Assembly: GCA_965224195.1 (NCBI GenBank)
Contig: OZ245040.1
Coordinates: 384,001-448,000 of the forward strand
Length of the DNA stretch: 64,000 nucleotides
Origin: Nitrosopumilus sp.
GTDB taxonomy: Archaea; Thermoproteota; Nitrososphaeria; Nitrososphaerales; Nitrosopumilaceae
Reading direction: 5' to 3'
How positions within the stretch are numbered: the first letter of the stretch is position 1; the number at the start of each line of letters is the position of its first letter. Positions 50,246-61,109 of the stretch are shown one piece after another. Under the pieces are notes generated by a model, which saw only the letters and a program-made list of their open reading frames with translations, was not told where the DNA came from and did not search any database. The position numbers were made by a program, and so were the translations under genes.

Positions 50246-50759
50246 ATTTTTTTAAAATTTTTGGTAAATAGATATATAATATTACTCCCACAAATACAAA
50301 TGCACCTGTAGTAATTGCTCCAATGAACACAAATCCGAATGGACTTTGAGTTCCCATGTTAAATGTATAAGTTAGAATTCCGTCTGATCCTTCCATATCA
50401 TACAAATCAACTTTAACTATGTGATTTCCTATGTTTTTCCAAACATACTCCAAATCCAAATGTGCTCCATTTACTAATGTGGGAGGAATTGCATCTACTT
50501 GTTGATCGTTATAATACACTCTGATCCCAATTGTAAAATCATCCACTTCTTCATACTCAAATCCCTGAGTTACCTTGATGAGAAATTGTGATGGCTCGTC
50601 AATTTGTGGAAATTCTGGTGCTGTGGCTACTTGAACTCTATAATCCCCTAATGTCTGCTCAGCAGAATTAAACATCGAATGAGCATATGCAAAATCAAAC
50701 CCTGAATATGATGAAAAAATCAAAACAAAGATCAAGAAAAATAATCGCTTTTTAGCCAT
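50238..50759 (-). CDS. Secreted or membrane-anchored hypothetical protein
   Basis: Signal peptide ending AYA|H, Ig-like core, C-terminal TM helix. Confidence 0.7.
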   Translation of the reverse strand: MAKKRLFFLIFVLIFSSYSGFDFAYAHSMFNSAEQTLGDYRVQVATAPEFPQIDEPSQFLIKVTQGFEYEEVDDFTIGIRVYYNDQQVDAIPPTLVNGAHLDLEYVWKNIGNHIVKVDLYDMEGSDGILTYTFNMGTQSPFGFVFIGAITTGAFVFVGVILYIYLPKILKKSK

Positions 50760-50853
50760 TTAGAATATTATACAAAGTCGATGAATATATTGTAAATCAA
50801 TTCCTCTACGAAAATCTTCAAAACCTTTAAATTCTAATTGGCAAGAAACTCAA

Positions 50854-51459
50854 ATGTTGACCCTCGTTACAAAATCAATCGATATTAAAACACCTGTAGA
50901 GAATGTTTTCACCTACTTTGCAAGACCAGAACATGTTTCTGATCAAATTAAAAATGACACAGTAGGTATGACAGTCGTTCCTATGGACATTAAAGAAGGA
51001 ATGGGTGTTGGTACAACTTTTAGAATTATCGGTGACTTTAGCGGAAAACGTTTAGAGTGGGATTGTGAAACAACTGAATTCATTAGAAATGAGAGAATCA
51101 CTGCCAAGCAAATTAAAGGTCCTTTCAAGAACTGGCAAATTACCAATGAATTCAAAGCATTAGGTAATAATCTTACAAGAGTAACCATGTCAGTAGATTA
51201 TCATATGCCATTTGGTCCTTTAGGAGCAATTTTGGATAAAGCAAAATTTGCAAAATCTGCTGAAAAAGGTATGGAAACCGCTCTATACAACGTTAGAGGA
51301 TTACTAGAAGGAAATGGTTCAATTCCAGTATACATTACACTAGATGCATACCAAAAACTTCTAGCCGAAAAGAAAAAGATGAATGATGTTCCAGTTTCAA
51401 CTGCACTTACTGCAATCATTGAAAAATACAATGAAATTGAAGCTAAAGCACAAAACTAA
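50854..51459 (+). CDS. SRPBCC/polyketide cyclase family protein
   Basis: SIDIKTPVENVF and GPFKNW motifs; helix-grip pattern. Confidence 0.85.
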   Translation: MLTLVTKSIDIKTPVENVFTYFARPEHVSDQIKNDTVGMTVVPMDIKEGMGVGTTFRIIGDFSGKRLEWDCETTEFIRNERITAKQIKGPFKNWQITNEFKALGNNLTRVTMSVDYHMPFGPLGAILDKAKFAKSAEKGMETALYNVRGLLEGNGSIPVYITLDAYQKLLAEKKKMNDVPVSTALTAIIEKYNEIEAKAQN

Positions 51460-51518
51460 ATTTTCATTTATTTTAAAATCTTAAGATTAATAACAACTCT
51501 AGGCTTATCTATTTCGGT

Positions 51519-51592
51519 GGGTCTATGGCGCAGCCAGGTAGCGCACCGGACTCTTAATCCGGTTGTCAAGGGTCCGAATCCCTTTAGACCCG
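51519..51592 (+). tRNA. tRNA-Lys(CUU)
   Basis: Acceptor GGGUCUA/UAGACCC; anticodon arm CCGGA-CUCUUAA-UCCGG. Confidence 0.92.
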
Positions 51593-51628
51593 CTTTGATT
51601 TTTAAAATAAGATCTTTAGTAAATACAA

Positions 51629-52012
51629 TTATTCATTTATTTTAATTGCTGTGTATTTTTTTGCCAATTCTAGTAATTCATCAACTCCAAGTGGTTTTGA
51701 AATTACTTTGATTAATCCTTCCTTAATTGCTTCTTGACTTTTAGGTTCAAACTCTGAGAAACCTGTAACTATTACGACATTTGCATTTGTATCTATTTCT
51801 TTGATCTGTTTGAATGCTTGATATCCATCTAATATTGGCATGTCTCCATCCATAACTACTAAAGACGGTTTTACATCTATGAATTTTTTAACACCTTCTT
51901 CCCCATTGGATGCAGTTTCGACAATAAACCCATGTAATTCTAAAATCTCTTTGTAGATTCCAATTAAATCTACATCATCTTCTACAACAAGTACTATTCT
52001 ACCCATGCCCAA
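51629..52012 (-). CDS. Single-domain response regulator receiver
   Basis: VEDD, MDGDMP.LDG, T and KP motifs. Confidence 0.9.
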   Translation of the reverse strand: MGMGRIVLVVEDDVDLIGIYKEILELHGFIVETASNGEEGVKKFIDVKPSLVVMDGDMPILDGYQAFKQIKEIDTNANVVIVTGFSEFEPKSQEAIKEGLIKVISKPLGVDELLELAKKYTAIKINE

Positions 52013-52183
52013 GTACTATTATCAGATTTTACTATTAAACACTACGTAATTTCTAATTATAACATATGATGAATTAATTATAGATTTAGTCAATGGTTTT
52101 TACGGAAAAATGCAATTGAGATTACTTGAAAGTGTATATTCTCCAAAATTTAAAAATAATATGAAGTTAAGAGGACTATTGAA

Positions 52184-53976
52184 GTGAGTCAAAAAGATAC
52201 AATATTAAAAACCACATTTGATAATAATAAAAAAATTATTATTGGTTTAGTTTTGGTATTAGTTGGTATTACACTAATCTATCAAACAAGACCTTTTCTT
52301 GATGATTCTCAATTTTCTATAATAGCTATTCCTGCATATGCCCTTTTTCCAGGAGTAGTAACTGCATACGCTGCAATTCTTGCAATAAAATTACATAAAC
52401 AGAAAAATTTTGAATCAAAAGGATACCTGATGTTTGCTATAGCAGGCAGCATTTTGGTTTGTTGCAGAACAAATTTGGCAATTATATTATCATGCATGGG
52501 AAGGTGAACCATTTCCATCTGAAGCTGATATTTTTTACATGGCATCTTATCCATTAATAATTGCATTTTTGTTTATTTCACTTAAACCAATAATAAAAAA
52601 AGTTAGTAGGAATGTCTGGTTATTTTCAATAGGTTTAGCTTTCTCATTATTGATCCCATCTGTTTTAGCTGCATATGTTTGAAGAAGAAGCATTACCGAC
52701 AATAATTGCCCTTACATATCCTATTCTAAGTTCAATCGTATTGGTTCCTACAATAGTAGGCATCATGTTTCTTGCAAAACAATCTGCAAGTCTTTCTTGG
52801 ATGTTGATTTTATTCGGATTTATAATATATGGTGTAGCTGATATTTTTTTCCTCTTTATAGAACTTGATGGTACATACTATGATGGACATCCAGTTGATC
52901 TACTGTATCTTTATTGTTACACTCTAATCATTTTTGCTTTTCATATTAGATTAAAACTTGTAAATTCATCTACATCCAAAAATCAAACAATATTTTTTTC
53001 TGAAAATATAAAATTTGAAACTATTACCAAATTTGGAATTCCACTAACTGTGACAATTGTTTGTATGATTATTCTTATTTCTATAACTCATTCAGTTTTT
53101 ATTGAAACTGATACCCAACTCTCAAATCAAAACCTTATGTTAGGAGTTGTTGCAATGTTGGGAGTATTTGCAACAATTGTAATTACTATTAACAAGAATC
53201 TTTCACGTCTGGTGAAAATGAGAACAAATGAATTAATTGAACAACGAGATAACCTTGAAAACCTTGTTGAAGAAAAAACCCATGCAATTTTAAAATCTGA
53301 ACGTCTATCTGCCATTGGAGAATTATCTGGATGTCTTGCACATGATTTGAGAAATCCCTTATCGGTAATGAAAATGTCTATTGATTTGATTAAACAAACT
53401 CCCACAGATTCAAAAATATCTGATACTAATGTAACTAAACGTCTTGATTTGATAGAAAAAAGTATTGATAGAATTTCTCATCAAGTAGATGATGTTTTAG
53501 GATATGTCAGAAATTCCCCTCTTAACTTGACAAATAATTCTTTAAATCAACTTGTACAAAACTCTTTGGACAAAGTAAATGTTCCAGATGATGTAGAAGT
53601 TGTAATGTCAAAAAAAGATATTGCAATTGATTGTGATTCAATTAAACTAGATGCAGTATTTATCAATCTAATTGTTAATTCTATTCAAGCAATGCATGAT
53701 GGAGGAAAAATTGAGATAAAAATCTTTGAGAAAGAGAATATGGCAACACTAGAGTTTATTGATTCAGGAGATGGTGTATCTGATGAAAATATGAATAAAA
53801 TATTTGAACCGTTATTTACAACTAAACAAAAGGGGACTGGTTTAGGTTTGGCAAGCTGTAAAAATATTATAGAACAACATCAAGGAGAAATTAATGTGAC
53901 TAACAATCCTACTACTTTTAGAATCATTATGCCAAAATCAATGTCTACACAAAAAATTAAACTAGAATCAAAATAA
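52184..53976 (+). pseudogene. Membrane sensor histidine kinase with two frameshifts
   Basis: Frame switches near 52445 and 52675; the middle frame reads FWFVAEQIW...PFPSEADIFY; distal AHDLRNPL H-box and N, G1, F, G2 boxes present. Confidence 0.8.
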
Positions 53977-53979
53977 CAA

Positions 53980-54534
53980 CTATAATTTTTTTAATAATGT
54001 AAATCTAGGTTTATCTGGCTCTATATCTTTGTGCATGTCTACATTACTAACAAATCTTATTTTATAGTCTAACCATCTTTTTTGCATATTACGTGATTTT
54101 TGATTTTCGTCAATTTGTTTTTCTATCTCTTCAAATTTTTCACAATTCATAATCCATTTCCCAGAAACTCTAAACATTTCTGCAACTCCTTTTTCTAGTG
54201 TTTCATCATCTAAATAATTCATTAATCCATGAGTGAATACAAAATCTATTGATGAATCCTCAAATGGCAATTTCGATATAGTGCCATTTTTAAAGTTTCC
54301 ATTTGGTACTTTTTCTTTTGCAATATCTAATGCATGATCATTTAGATCAATACCTCCAAATTGAAATGTGTCTGGAAATAGTTTCAAGTCAATCCCTGTT
54401 CCACAACCAATTTCTAATACGCTTGTACAACGTAATGATGTAGCTAAATCTTTTACAAATTTGGCAAATTCTTCATTATATCTTGATTCATTCTCATCTG
54501 AATACTTGTTCCAAAATTCTTTATCATAATTCAT
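53980..54534 (-). CDS. Class I SAM methyltransferase
   Basis: VLEIGCGTG and LPFEDSSIDFVF motifs. Confidence 0.85.
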   Translation of the reverse strand: MNYDKEFWNKYSDENESRYNEEFAKFVKDLATSLRCTSVLEIGCGTGIDLKLFPDTFQFGGIDLNDHALDIAKEKVPNGNFKNGTISKLPFEDSSIDFVFTHGLMNYLDDETLEKGVAEMFRVSGKWIMNCEKFEEIEKQIDENQKSRNMQKRWLDYKIRFVSNVDMHKDIEPDKPRFTLLKKL

Positions 54535-54572
54535 GGAATTTTTTAAACAAAGCTGTATTTGATACTAATTGT

Positions 54573-54734
54573 TTAATGCTGACATTTGCATGGGATTAGT
54601 TTTGTATCAAATGTACAATCATGTGGACCATCTGATTTTCCTTGCGTAGGAATTTCCTTCATACAGTCCTCATGACGGCCTTTCTTACAAAACCAACAGA
54701 TTTCTTGTGTATCTCCAGTAGAACATGAATCCAT
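54573..54734 (-). CDS. Small Cys/His-rich protein (53 aa, not in ORF track)
   Basis: MDSCSTGDTQEICWFCKKGRHEDCMKEIPTQGKSDGPHDCTFDTKLIPCKCQH; fills the gap after ilvE. Confidence 0.72.
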   Translation of the reverse strand: MDSCSTGDTQEICWFCKKGRHEDCMKEIPTQGKSDGPHDCTFDTKLIPCKCQH

Positions 54735-54774
54735 AATTTTTAGTTCTCGATGTGGGTAAAAAACTTCATGGAAT

Positions 54775-55689
54775 TTAGATAAATGTTAACCAAGGCAAGA
54801 ATCTTTCATCTTTGCCCATGACTACATCAGTAAATGATTTTTGTAATGCTTTTGTAATGGTGCCCATTTTACCAGTTCCAATTTTCACTTTATCTATCTG
54901 AGTTACTGATTTTACTTCAGCAGCAGTTCCTGTCATGAAAATCTCATCTGCATTATAGAGATCATCACGTTCTAGATCACGTTCAATTACAAATCCACCA
55001 TTCTCTTCAATAATTTGAATAATGCTATCTCTAGTAATCCCTTCTAGTCCTCCTGCTGAAAGTGGAGGAGTTTGAATAATGTCATCTTTAATTATGAAAA
55101 TATTTTCAGCACTACCTTCTGCAACTTTACCATGATAATTTAACATGATTGCTTCATCATATCCATTCTCTAATGCTTCCATTCTTGCAAGAGCTGCATT
55201 TGCATAGTTTGATGCAGCTTTTGCTTGCATTGGTTGAGATCTTGAATCAATTTTAGTCCAACTAGATACTTTACATTTTGCTCCAGAAAACTTCCCTGCT
55301 TTTGATTCTCCCATCTTCCATTCCCAACATGAAATTGAAACATCTACTTTGTTAGTAGTAGGAGTTAATCCCATTGTTCCGTATCCGTAATATGCTAATG
55401 GTCTAATGTATGATTCTTTGAGTCCTCCAGATTGTACAGTTTTTACAATTGCATCAGAAATTATTTTTTTTGAAAATTGCATTTTCATTGAATATAATTT
55501 TGCAGATTTGAAAAACCTATCAACATGTTCTGGTAATCTGAAAATTACTGATCCATTTGGAGTGTTATAGCATCTAATTCCTTCAAAAATTGATGTTGAA
55601 TAATGTAATGCATGAGTTAAAACGTGAACTTTGGCGTCTTTGAATGGTACCAATTTTCCATTCATCCATATTTTACCAATCTCTTTCAT
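54775..55689 (-). CDS. ilvE: Branched-chain amino acid aminotransferase
   Basis: HALHY...FEG, YIRP, EGSAEN, GITR and GTAAEV motifs. Confidence 0.94.
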   Translation of the reverse strand: MKEIGKIWMNGKLVPFKDAKVHVLTHALHYSTSIFEGIRCYNTPNGSVIFRLPEHVDRFFKSAKLYSMKMQFSKKIISDAIVKTVQSGGLKESYIRPLAYYGYGTMGLTPTTNKVDVSISCWEWKMGESKAGKFSGAKCKVSSWTKIDSRSQPMQAKAASNYANAALARMEALENGYDEAIMLNYHGKVAEGSAENIFIIKDDIIQTPPLSAGGLEGITRDSIIQIIEENGGFVIERDLERDDLYNADEIFMTGTAAEVKSVTQIDKVKIGTGKMGTITKALQKSFTDVVMGKDERFLPWLTFI

Positions 55690-55785
55690 AGGAGAGCAAA
55701 AAATCTATGCTAATTTAAAGAATTATTTTTCTTACTAATTTTGAACCATCTTAAACTACATATCTGATTAGTCGTAAATTCTATC

Positions 55786-55992
55786 ATGGAATGGACTTTG
55801 GGCTTTGTTGGAATAATTTTTCTTATAACAGGCTTGGTTGGTCAGGCATTTGAAATGAGAAAAATTAGATTAACCACATACAAAGATGAAGATTTAGGCT
55901 CGGTAAATATTTTCATGAATAAGAGAAACTACAAGTGGTATGCCTTGTTGGGTGTTGGTATAGTTCTTTGGTACATAGCTGAGCGTATGTGA
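55786..55992 (+). CDS. Small two-TM membrane protein
   Basis: 68 aa with two hydrophobic helices. Confidence 0.7.
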   Translation: MEWTLGFVGIIFLITGLVGQAFEMRKIRLTTYKDEDLGSVNIFMNKRNYKWYALLGVGIVLWYIAERM

Positions 55993-56043
55993 ACAGATCT
56001 ATATAGATCAGGTCTAAATACTAGAAACTTCAAGTAATAATAT

Positions 56044-56140
56044 CGCGTGTTTTGGGTAACGCCGGACTAAGTCTAGATAACGGTCCAAGAACAAACCCAT
56101 GATGGCGGTTTACAGGAGAAATCCCGTAACGCCACTCTTT
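56044..56140 (+). ncRNA. Candidate structured non-coding RNA
   Basis: GC-enriched intergenic stretch with stem-loops (GAAA-capped hairpin 56103-56134), upstream TATA-like TCTAAATA and a downstream T-run; strand inferred. Confidence 0.45.
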
Positions 56141-56143
56141 TCA

Positions 56144-57559
56144 TTAAATAAAATTAATTTTTGAAATCTCTTGGTGGATTGCTTTGATAGCTTTTGTAAT
56201 ATTACCTTGCGTATCTTCTACAACAATAATTATTCGTGATGTTTCTTCTTGTGCATCCATGTTCAAAATATTTAATCCTGACTCACCGATCTTTGCACTA
56301 GTTCTAGAAGCTACTTGTTGAACTCTCCACATCTCATCTCCAATTAGTGTGATTACTCCTCTGTTGTATGTAATAGTGGCAAGTGAATCAAATCCTAAAA
56401 GATATTTCTCATTTCTTTTAACATAATCACCATCTAAAAATAATATTCTAGAAAATTCTATTTCATCCTTTGTAAATGGTGATAAAATGATAAATTCACT
56501 ATAATGTTTGTCTTTTTCTAATGATGTCAATAGTTTTTGAATACAACTTGTTTCAATTCTGAAAATAGCACAATTCTCTTTTCCTGTAACTATTTTAATT
56601 GGATGTCCTTTCTGTTCTTCTAAATTTCTTTTAATTGTTGTAATTTTTTCTGGATTTTTCATGTTAGTAATTGTGATTGGCATGTCTACCCCATTTTCTA
56701 CAATCTCTTTTATGGCAATTGGATCTAAGATTTTCATTCCAAACATTCCTGCTAGTCTTGCTTCATTGTAAGATAACTGAATAACTTTACTCAATTCTGA
56801 ATCTACAATTTTTGGATCAGCTGAAACTACTGCACTATCTTTCTCAAAGTCTATACTGGTTTCGTATTTTTTATGAAATAATATTCCAAGATCTGCTGCA
56901 GTTCTATCAGATCCACCTCGCTCATATGTGGTAATCACACCCTCTACTGTTTTTCCAATAAATCCCCCAATGGCAACTACCTCGTTATTCTCTACTAATT
57001 TTGCAGTAATGTTCATTTTTTCTCTAGATTCTGCAGTGAGAAAATTTGTAAATTCAATATTATTATCAGTAATAATCGGCCAATCATCAAATCCTACTGC
57101 CTCAGCTTTGATATTGTTACTTCTCAAAATATGATTCATCACATGTGCCATCAAAATCTCTCCTGAAAATGCCAAAGCTTGAGATCTTATTTCATTTGCA
57201 AATTCCTTGTTTTTCAAAGCCTCATCTAATGCGTTTTGGGCTTTATCTAGATGAAAATCAATTGTTTTTTTACAATTCTCCTTATTTTTATCATCAACTA
57301 ACTCTAGAATTTTTTGATATGTTGTTTTTACAATATCTAATGACGGTGTAATTCCATTCTCTGCATTTTTTCCTTGCTCTAAAACTACATCAGTTAGTGA
57401 ACGTTTTTTTTCATTGTATATTGTCAGTGGGGCTGAAAAAACTGCAACCACTTTGGAATCTGTTTTCAAATTTATAATTCTCTGAATAATTTTTGGAATT
57501 GTTTCACCGTTTGGACCAATTGCACTACCACCAAATTTAGCAACTACTAGTCTAGTCAT
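56144..57559 (-). CDS. lysC: Aspartate kinase
   Basis: VAKFGGS, RGGSD.TA and SADPKIV motifs; C-terminal ACT-like region. Confidence 0.88.
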   Translation of the reverse strand: MTRLVVAKFGGSAIGPNGETIPKIIQRIINLKTDSKVVAVFSAPLTIYNEKKRSLTDVVLEQGKNAENGITPSLDIVKTTYQKILELVDDKNKENCKKTIDFHLDKAQNALDEALKNKEFANEIRSQALAFSGEILMAHVMNHILRSNNIKAEAVGFDDWPIITDNNIEFTNFLTAESREKMNITAKLVENNEVVAIGGFIGKTVEGVITTYERGGSDRTAADLGILFHKKYETSIDFEKDSAVVSADPKIVDSELSKVIQLSYNEARLAGMFGMKILDPIAIKEIVENGVDMPITITNMKNPEKITTIKRNLEEQKGHPIKIVTGKENCAIFRIETSCIQKLLTSLEKDKHYSEFIILSPFTKDEIEFSRILFLDGDYVKRNEKYLLGFDSLATITYNRGVITLIGDEMWRVQQVASRTSAKIGESGLNILNMDAQEETSRIIIVVEDTQGNITKAIKAIHQEISKINFI

Positions 57560-57589
57560 AGTACTTTATCAAATCGAATTTGCCTTCTA

Positions 57590-58621
57590 TTAAGCATTTG
57601 ATTGATAATTCATCAATTTCAGAATAATCTCTGATGCAACTTTGGCACCATCTGTATTTACTTGATTTCTTTTTTGTTCTAGTTTTTGTTTAATTAATTC
57701 TTCTAATCTGTTAATGTCTTCAAATTCAAATCCTTGTTCTTTTGCGTTATCTTCTTGTTCAAAATGTCCTTTTATGGGAATGAAAATTGCAGGTGTTCCA
57801 TATGCATTAGCTTCATCTATGGTTGATTTTCCAGCTAATGAAATAATCATATCTGCTGCAAAAATTATTTCATGCAAATTATCTACAAATCCTAAATTTC
57901 TAACACTTTCAAATTTTTTATTTATCGCTGGTCCTGAAACTAGAACTATTTCTATATCTTGATTAATTTTTGAAAGAACTTGTAATGCTTTTTCAATGAG
58001 AAATAATCCTGCATCTGTTCCACCTATGGATATTACTATGGTACTTTTTTCAAATGAAAATTTTTTTCTTAATTCTTCTCTGGTATAGTTTGTTTCTCTT
58101 ACTATTGGTCCAACTCTTTTGATATTACCTTCATCATCTCCATTTTCAGGAAAAATTACTATATCGCATTTTTTAATTATTTCTAGCATCGACTTGTTCA
58201 TCTTTTTTTCAATAAATGATGCAATTCCTTTAGTGAAATGAGTTTCTAAAACATCTGTAACTAGAACTGTTGGTATTTTCATTTCTTGTGCAACAGTTAA
58301 TGATGCAAAATCCTCATCACTGATAACTAAATTTGGTTTATCTTTCTGAAGAATTTTTTCTGAAATATTTTTGCAATCTCTATAGTATTGATAATAATTC
58401 CATAACCATTTTGCTGGATTCTTTAGTGTTCCATTTTCAATAATAAATGAAGGCGGATTGTATGCATCTTGTACATTATAATCTAAATTTTTTAGAATTT
58501 TAGCAGCTCCGCTACCTGTGACAAAATTAGTTGAGATATTTTTAAAATTATTTACAATTGCTATATCTCGAGTAACATGACCTAATCCAATTGGACTGGA
58601 AAAAAAACTAAAAGCATTCAT
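57590..58621 (-). CDS. GT28/MurG-like glycosyltransferase
   Basis: GLGHVTR, SIGG, AGKSTIDE and HFEQEDNA motifs. Confidence 0.85.
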   Translation of the reverse strand: MNAFSFFSSPIGLGHVTRDIAIVNNFKNISTNFVTGSGAAKILKNLDYNVQDAYNPPSFIIENGTLKNPAKWLWNYYQYYRDCKNISEKILQKDKPNLVISDEDFASLTVAQEMKIPTVLVTDVLETHFTKGIASFIEKKMNKSMLEIIKKCDIVIFPENGDDEGNIKRVGPIVRETNYTREELRKKFSFEKSTIVISIGGTDAGLFLIEKALQVLSKINQDIEIVLVSGPAINKKFESVRNLGFVDNLHEIIFAADMIISLAGKSTIDEANAYGTPAIFIPIKGHFEQEDNAKEQGFEFEDINRLEELIKQKLEQKRNQVNTDGAKVASEIILKLMNYQSNA

Positions 58622-58700
58622 GATTTTGTTGATTTTTTATCAAATCTCTAGATTTTCTCCTGTCTCAAAGTTTAAATGGATTTTAACAAGGTAGGTTTCT

Positions 58701-58775
58701 GGGCTCATAGTCCAGGTCGGTTATGACGTCGCCCTTACACGGCGAAAATCCGGGGTTCAAATCCCCGTGGGCCCA
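58701..58775 (+). tRNA. tRNA-Val(UAC)
   Basis: Cloverleaf; anticodon arm UCGCC-CUUACAC-GGCGA; T loop UUCAAAU. Confidence 0.93.
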
Positions 58776-58839
58776 CCTTTCTGAGGGGTTTATCTATTAT
58801 TCGGAGGTCAAATTAGTCATGCCACAAAAGCTATCCACT

Positions 58840-59908
58840 AGATGAGTTGCGTAATTACAAACAAAAATCTAACTTTTCTGTCATTTAATTCTTAATTTTA
58901 TGGAATTGCAATGAATTCTTCTTTCCATTTAATCTTGAAATTGACAGTCCCACAAACAATTTCACTTGTCACATCATATCTGCATAATTTGTTTCTAAAC
59001 ACATCGCGATTTATCCGAAATTGCCTGACTTGTGCAATAGCATGTTCAACTTTTATTCTAATTTTTGACTGCATCTTGTTCCACTCCTTTTGAGTAACAG
59101 TCAATTTTTTTCCTTTCTTTTTCTTGCATGGCAAAACACTTGCCTGTTCTGGAAAGTCTTTTTCCATCCCCAAACATCCAAGATCATAAGACTGCGACAA
59201 CCCTTCAGATAATGTTGGATGCTTTGATTTGTAAATTCTGTAATCATGATGGCTGCCAGGCGAATGTGCAGATTTGTGGATTGTTATCCCATCAAGATTT
59301 ATGGCGATTTGATTTTGTACTGCATGTTTTTTCTTTTTGCCTGAATGGTGTGTCTTTCTTTTCTTTTTGTTTTTTGGTCTTGGGATGGGCTGTTATGTGC
59401 CATCAGTGATTGCAATTAATTCCGGAAAGAATTCTTGCAATTCCTGCATGCTGTTAATCTTTTTTGAATCTGCATATTTTTTGGCAGGAATTATAATGGA
59501 TTGCTTCACTGCAGGCTCCAAACATCTGATGTTTCTCATTACGTTTGGTTTGTCCAAATCAAATGTCATCCCTGGCATATCATATGTTGTGTACATTCTG
59601 TAGTACATGAAAAACATTAGAATTCTGCCTTTGAAGGACAAGTCAAACTTGTGTCCTGCACCAATGTCTCTTTCTCTATTTTTGGACAATCCCTTTTGTT
59701 CTGCAGTTTTGCAATTTTTCTTTATTTCTTTGTATAGGGAATCAAACTGTGGAACAGTTAGTCCTGCTATTGACAGGAATTGTTTTGGTTTTTTTGCCAG
59801 TTTTGCGTAATTAAACATGAATTGAAAATAATTCAGTCTTAGCTTTGGATCTTATGATTAGAAAATGTTGAGATTATGCTCAAATTGGACTAGTTGCACA
59901 ACTCATCT
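58840..59908 (-). mobile_element. IS5-family (ISL2-like) element, inactivated
   Basis: Imperfect TIRs AGATGAGTTGCGTAATTA (58840-58857) and TAGTTGCACAACTCATCT (59891-59908), 15/18 match. Confidence 0.75.
58898..59818 (-). pseudogene. HTH_Tnp_4/DDE_Tnp_4-type transposase with a premature stop
   Basis: One reading frame interrupted by TAA at 59393-59395 in the DGT(E)Q motif; SGKKK.H, HD, DLG and RIKVEH motifs downstream. Confidence 0.85.
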
Positions 59909-60205
59909 TTTATTGTAAGCTAACTTTTCCAAATTTTCATCCAAAACTGCCCTATAGTATTGGAATAAACCCATAGTTTTAGGAGATATAAAATTTGCAA
60001 GGAATACCCTTTCATCGGAATCTTTTTCAGTTTTAATAATATTTTGGGTTTGTAACTTAGCTAGAATATCTTTAACATTATTACGAGGTAAATTAGTAAT
60101 ATCATATACGTCTTCTACAGATAAAGGAATTTCATAATTTGAAAGAAAGCAATCGATAACACGAAATGGTTGTGATGATGCATCAATACTTACTCTGTCA
60201 AACAA
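59903..60205 (-). CDS. Winged-helix-like protein, possibly truncated, between two IS elements
   Basis: PLSVEDV..ITNLPRNNVK.IL.KL pattern; stop codon supplied by the IS TIR. Confidence 0.5.
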   Translation of the reverse strand: MFDRVSIDASSQPFRVIDCFLSNYEIPLSVEDVYDITNLPRNNVKDILAKLQTQNIIKTEKDSDERVFLANFISPKTMGLFQYYRAVLDENLEKLAYNKR

Positions 60206-60238
60206 ATCATTTCCAACTAATAATTAATTTCATTTCCT

Positions 60239-61109
60239 TCAAACACTTGCAAATAGATTATACAGCTCGACTTTTAATTCCAATTCCTTTATCATGTATT
60301 TTCTCTTATGAGCCATGACATACTCACCAAACATCCTTTTGAATGTAGAAAAGACACACTCTACAATCCATCTATCCCCATAGCTAACGCTGCGCTTCCA
60401 CAAATTCAAATTATACATTTGAGCCAAAACTGATTTCTTTCTCAGATAACATTTTGTTTTGAGAGATGATGTCTTTCTTGCTTTAACTGCAGGCAGTGCA
60501 TCTGTATTGTGATACAGATATGAAAAGTTGTTTTCTGAATCATATGCACCATCAGCTAGAGCCTTGGTTACATTTCCTTTTTGTGATGCCTGCTGTACCA
60601 GTTCTGGCAGATGTGCAGGCATCATGGGATGAATTATCTGTGATTTTCAATGATACTATTTTCTTTGATTTCACATCTGCACCAACATGGATTTTTAGAA
60701 ACCCTCTCCTCATGTGCCATTTCTGCCTCATCCATTCACCTCTGTTTGCAACCTTGATTCCTGTACTGTCAATTGCTAAAATGATTTCGTTGTTATCTCC
60801 AATGGAATTATCAATTTTGATGTCAAGCTTGTTTATTCTCTTGTGGACTGATGTGAAATCAGGAACTGCTGGAATTCTATTACAATATGCACGAATTATT
60901 CCTTTCTGTTTGTCTGAATGGCAGTCCAAAATAGATTCTCGCATAACCCAATAATTTCATGAATGAATCAGGACAGCCTGGACTTTCTACCTCTTTTGTT
61001 GTGATTCATGACCTCCAGTTCCTTATGCCAGTTCTCAATGACATCAAATGACATGATGATCTTCACCCCTTCTGACTAGTTTTTCATTGTATTGACTCCA
61101 GTTAACCAT
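60239..61109 (-). pseudogene. IS5-family (IS903-like) transposase, multiply frameshifted
   Basis: MVNWSQYNEKLVRRG start; IDSTGIKV..GEW, KIHVG, ADGAYD and RWIVECVFS.FKRMFG motifs spread over several frames. Confidence 0.85.

Noticed and set aside
51519-51592. tRNA-Lys(CUU) as the target of the C/D sRNA D guide
   Set aside because: Its loop ACUCUUAAUCC mismatches the guide at several central positions; a CAA anticodon fits perfectly
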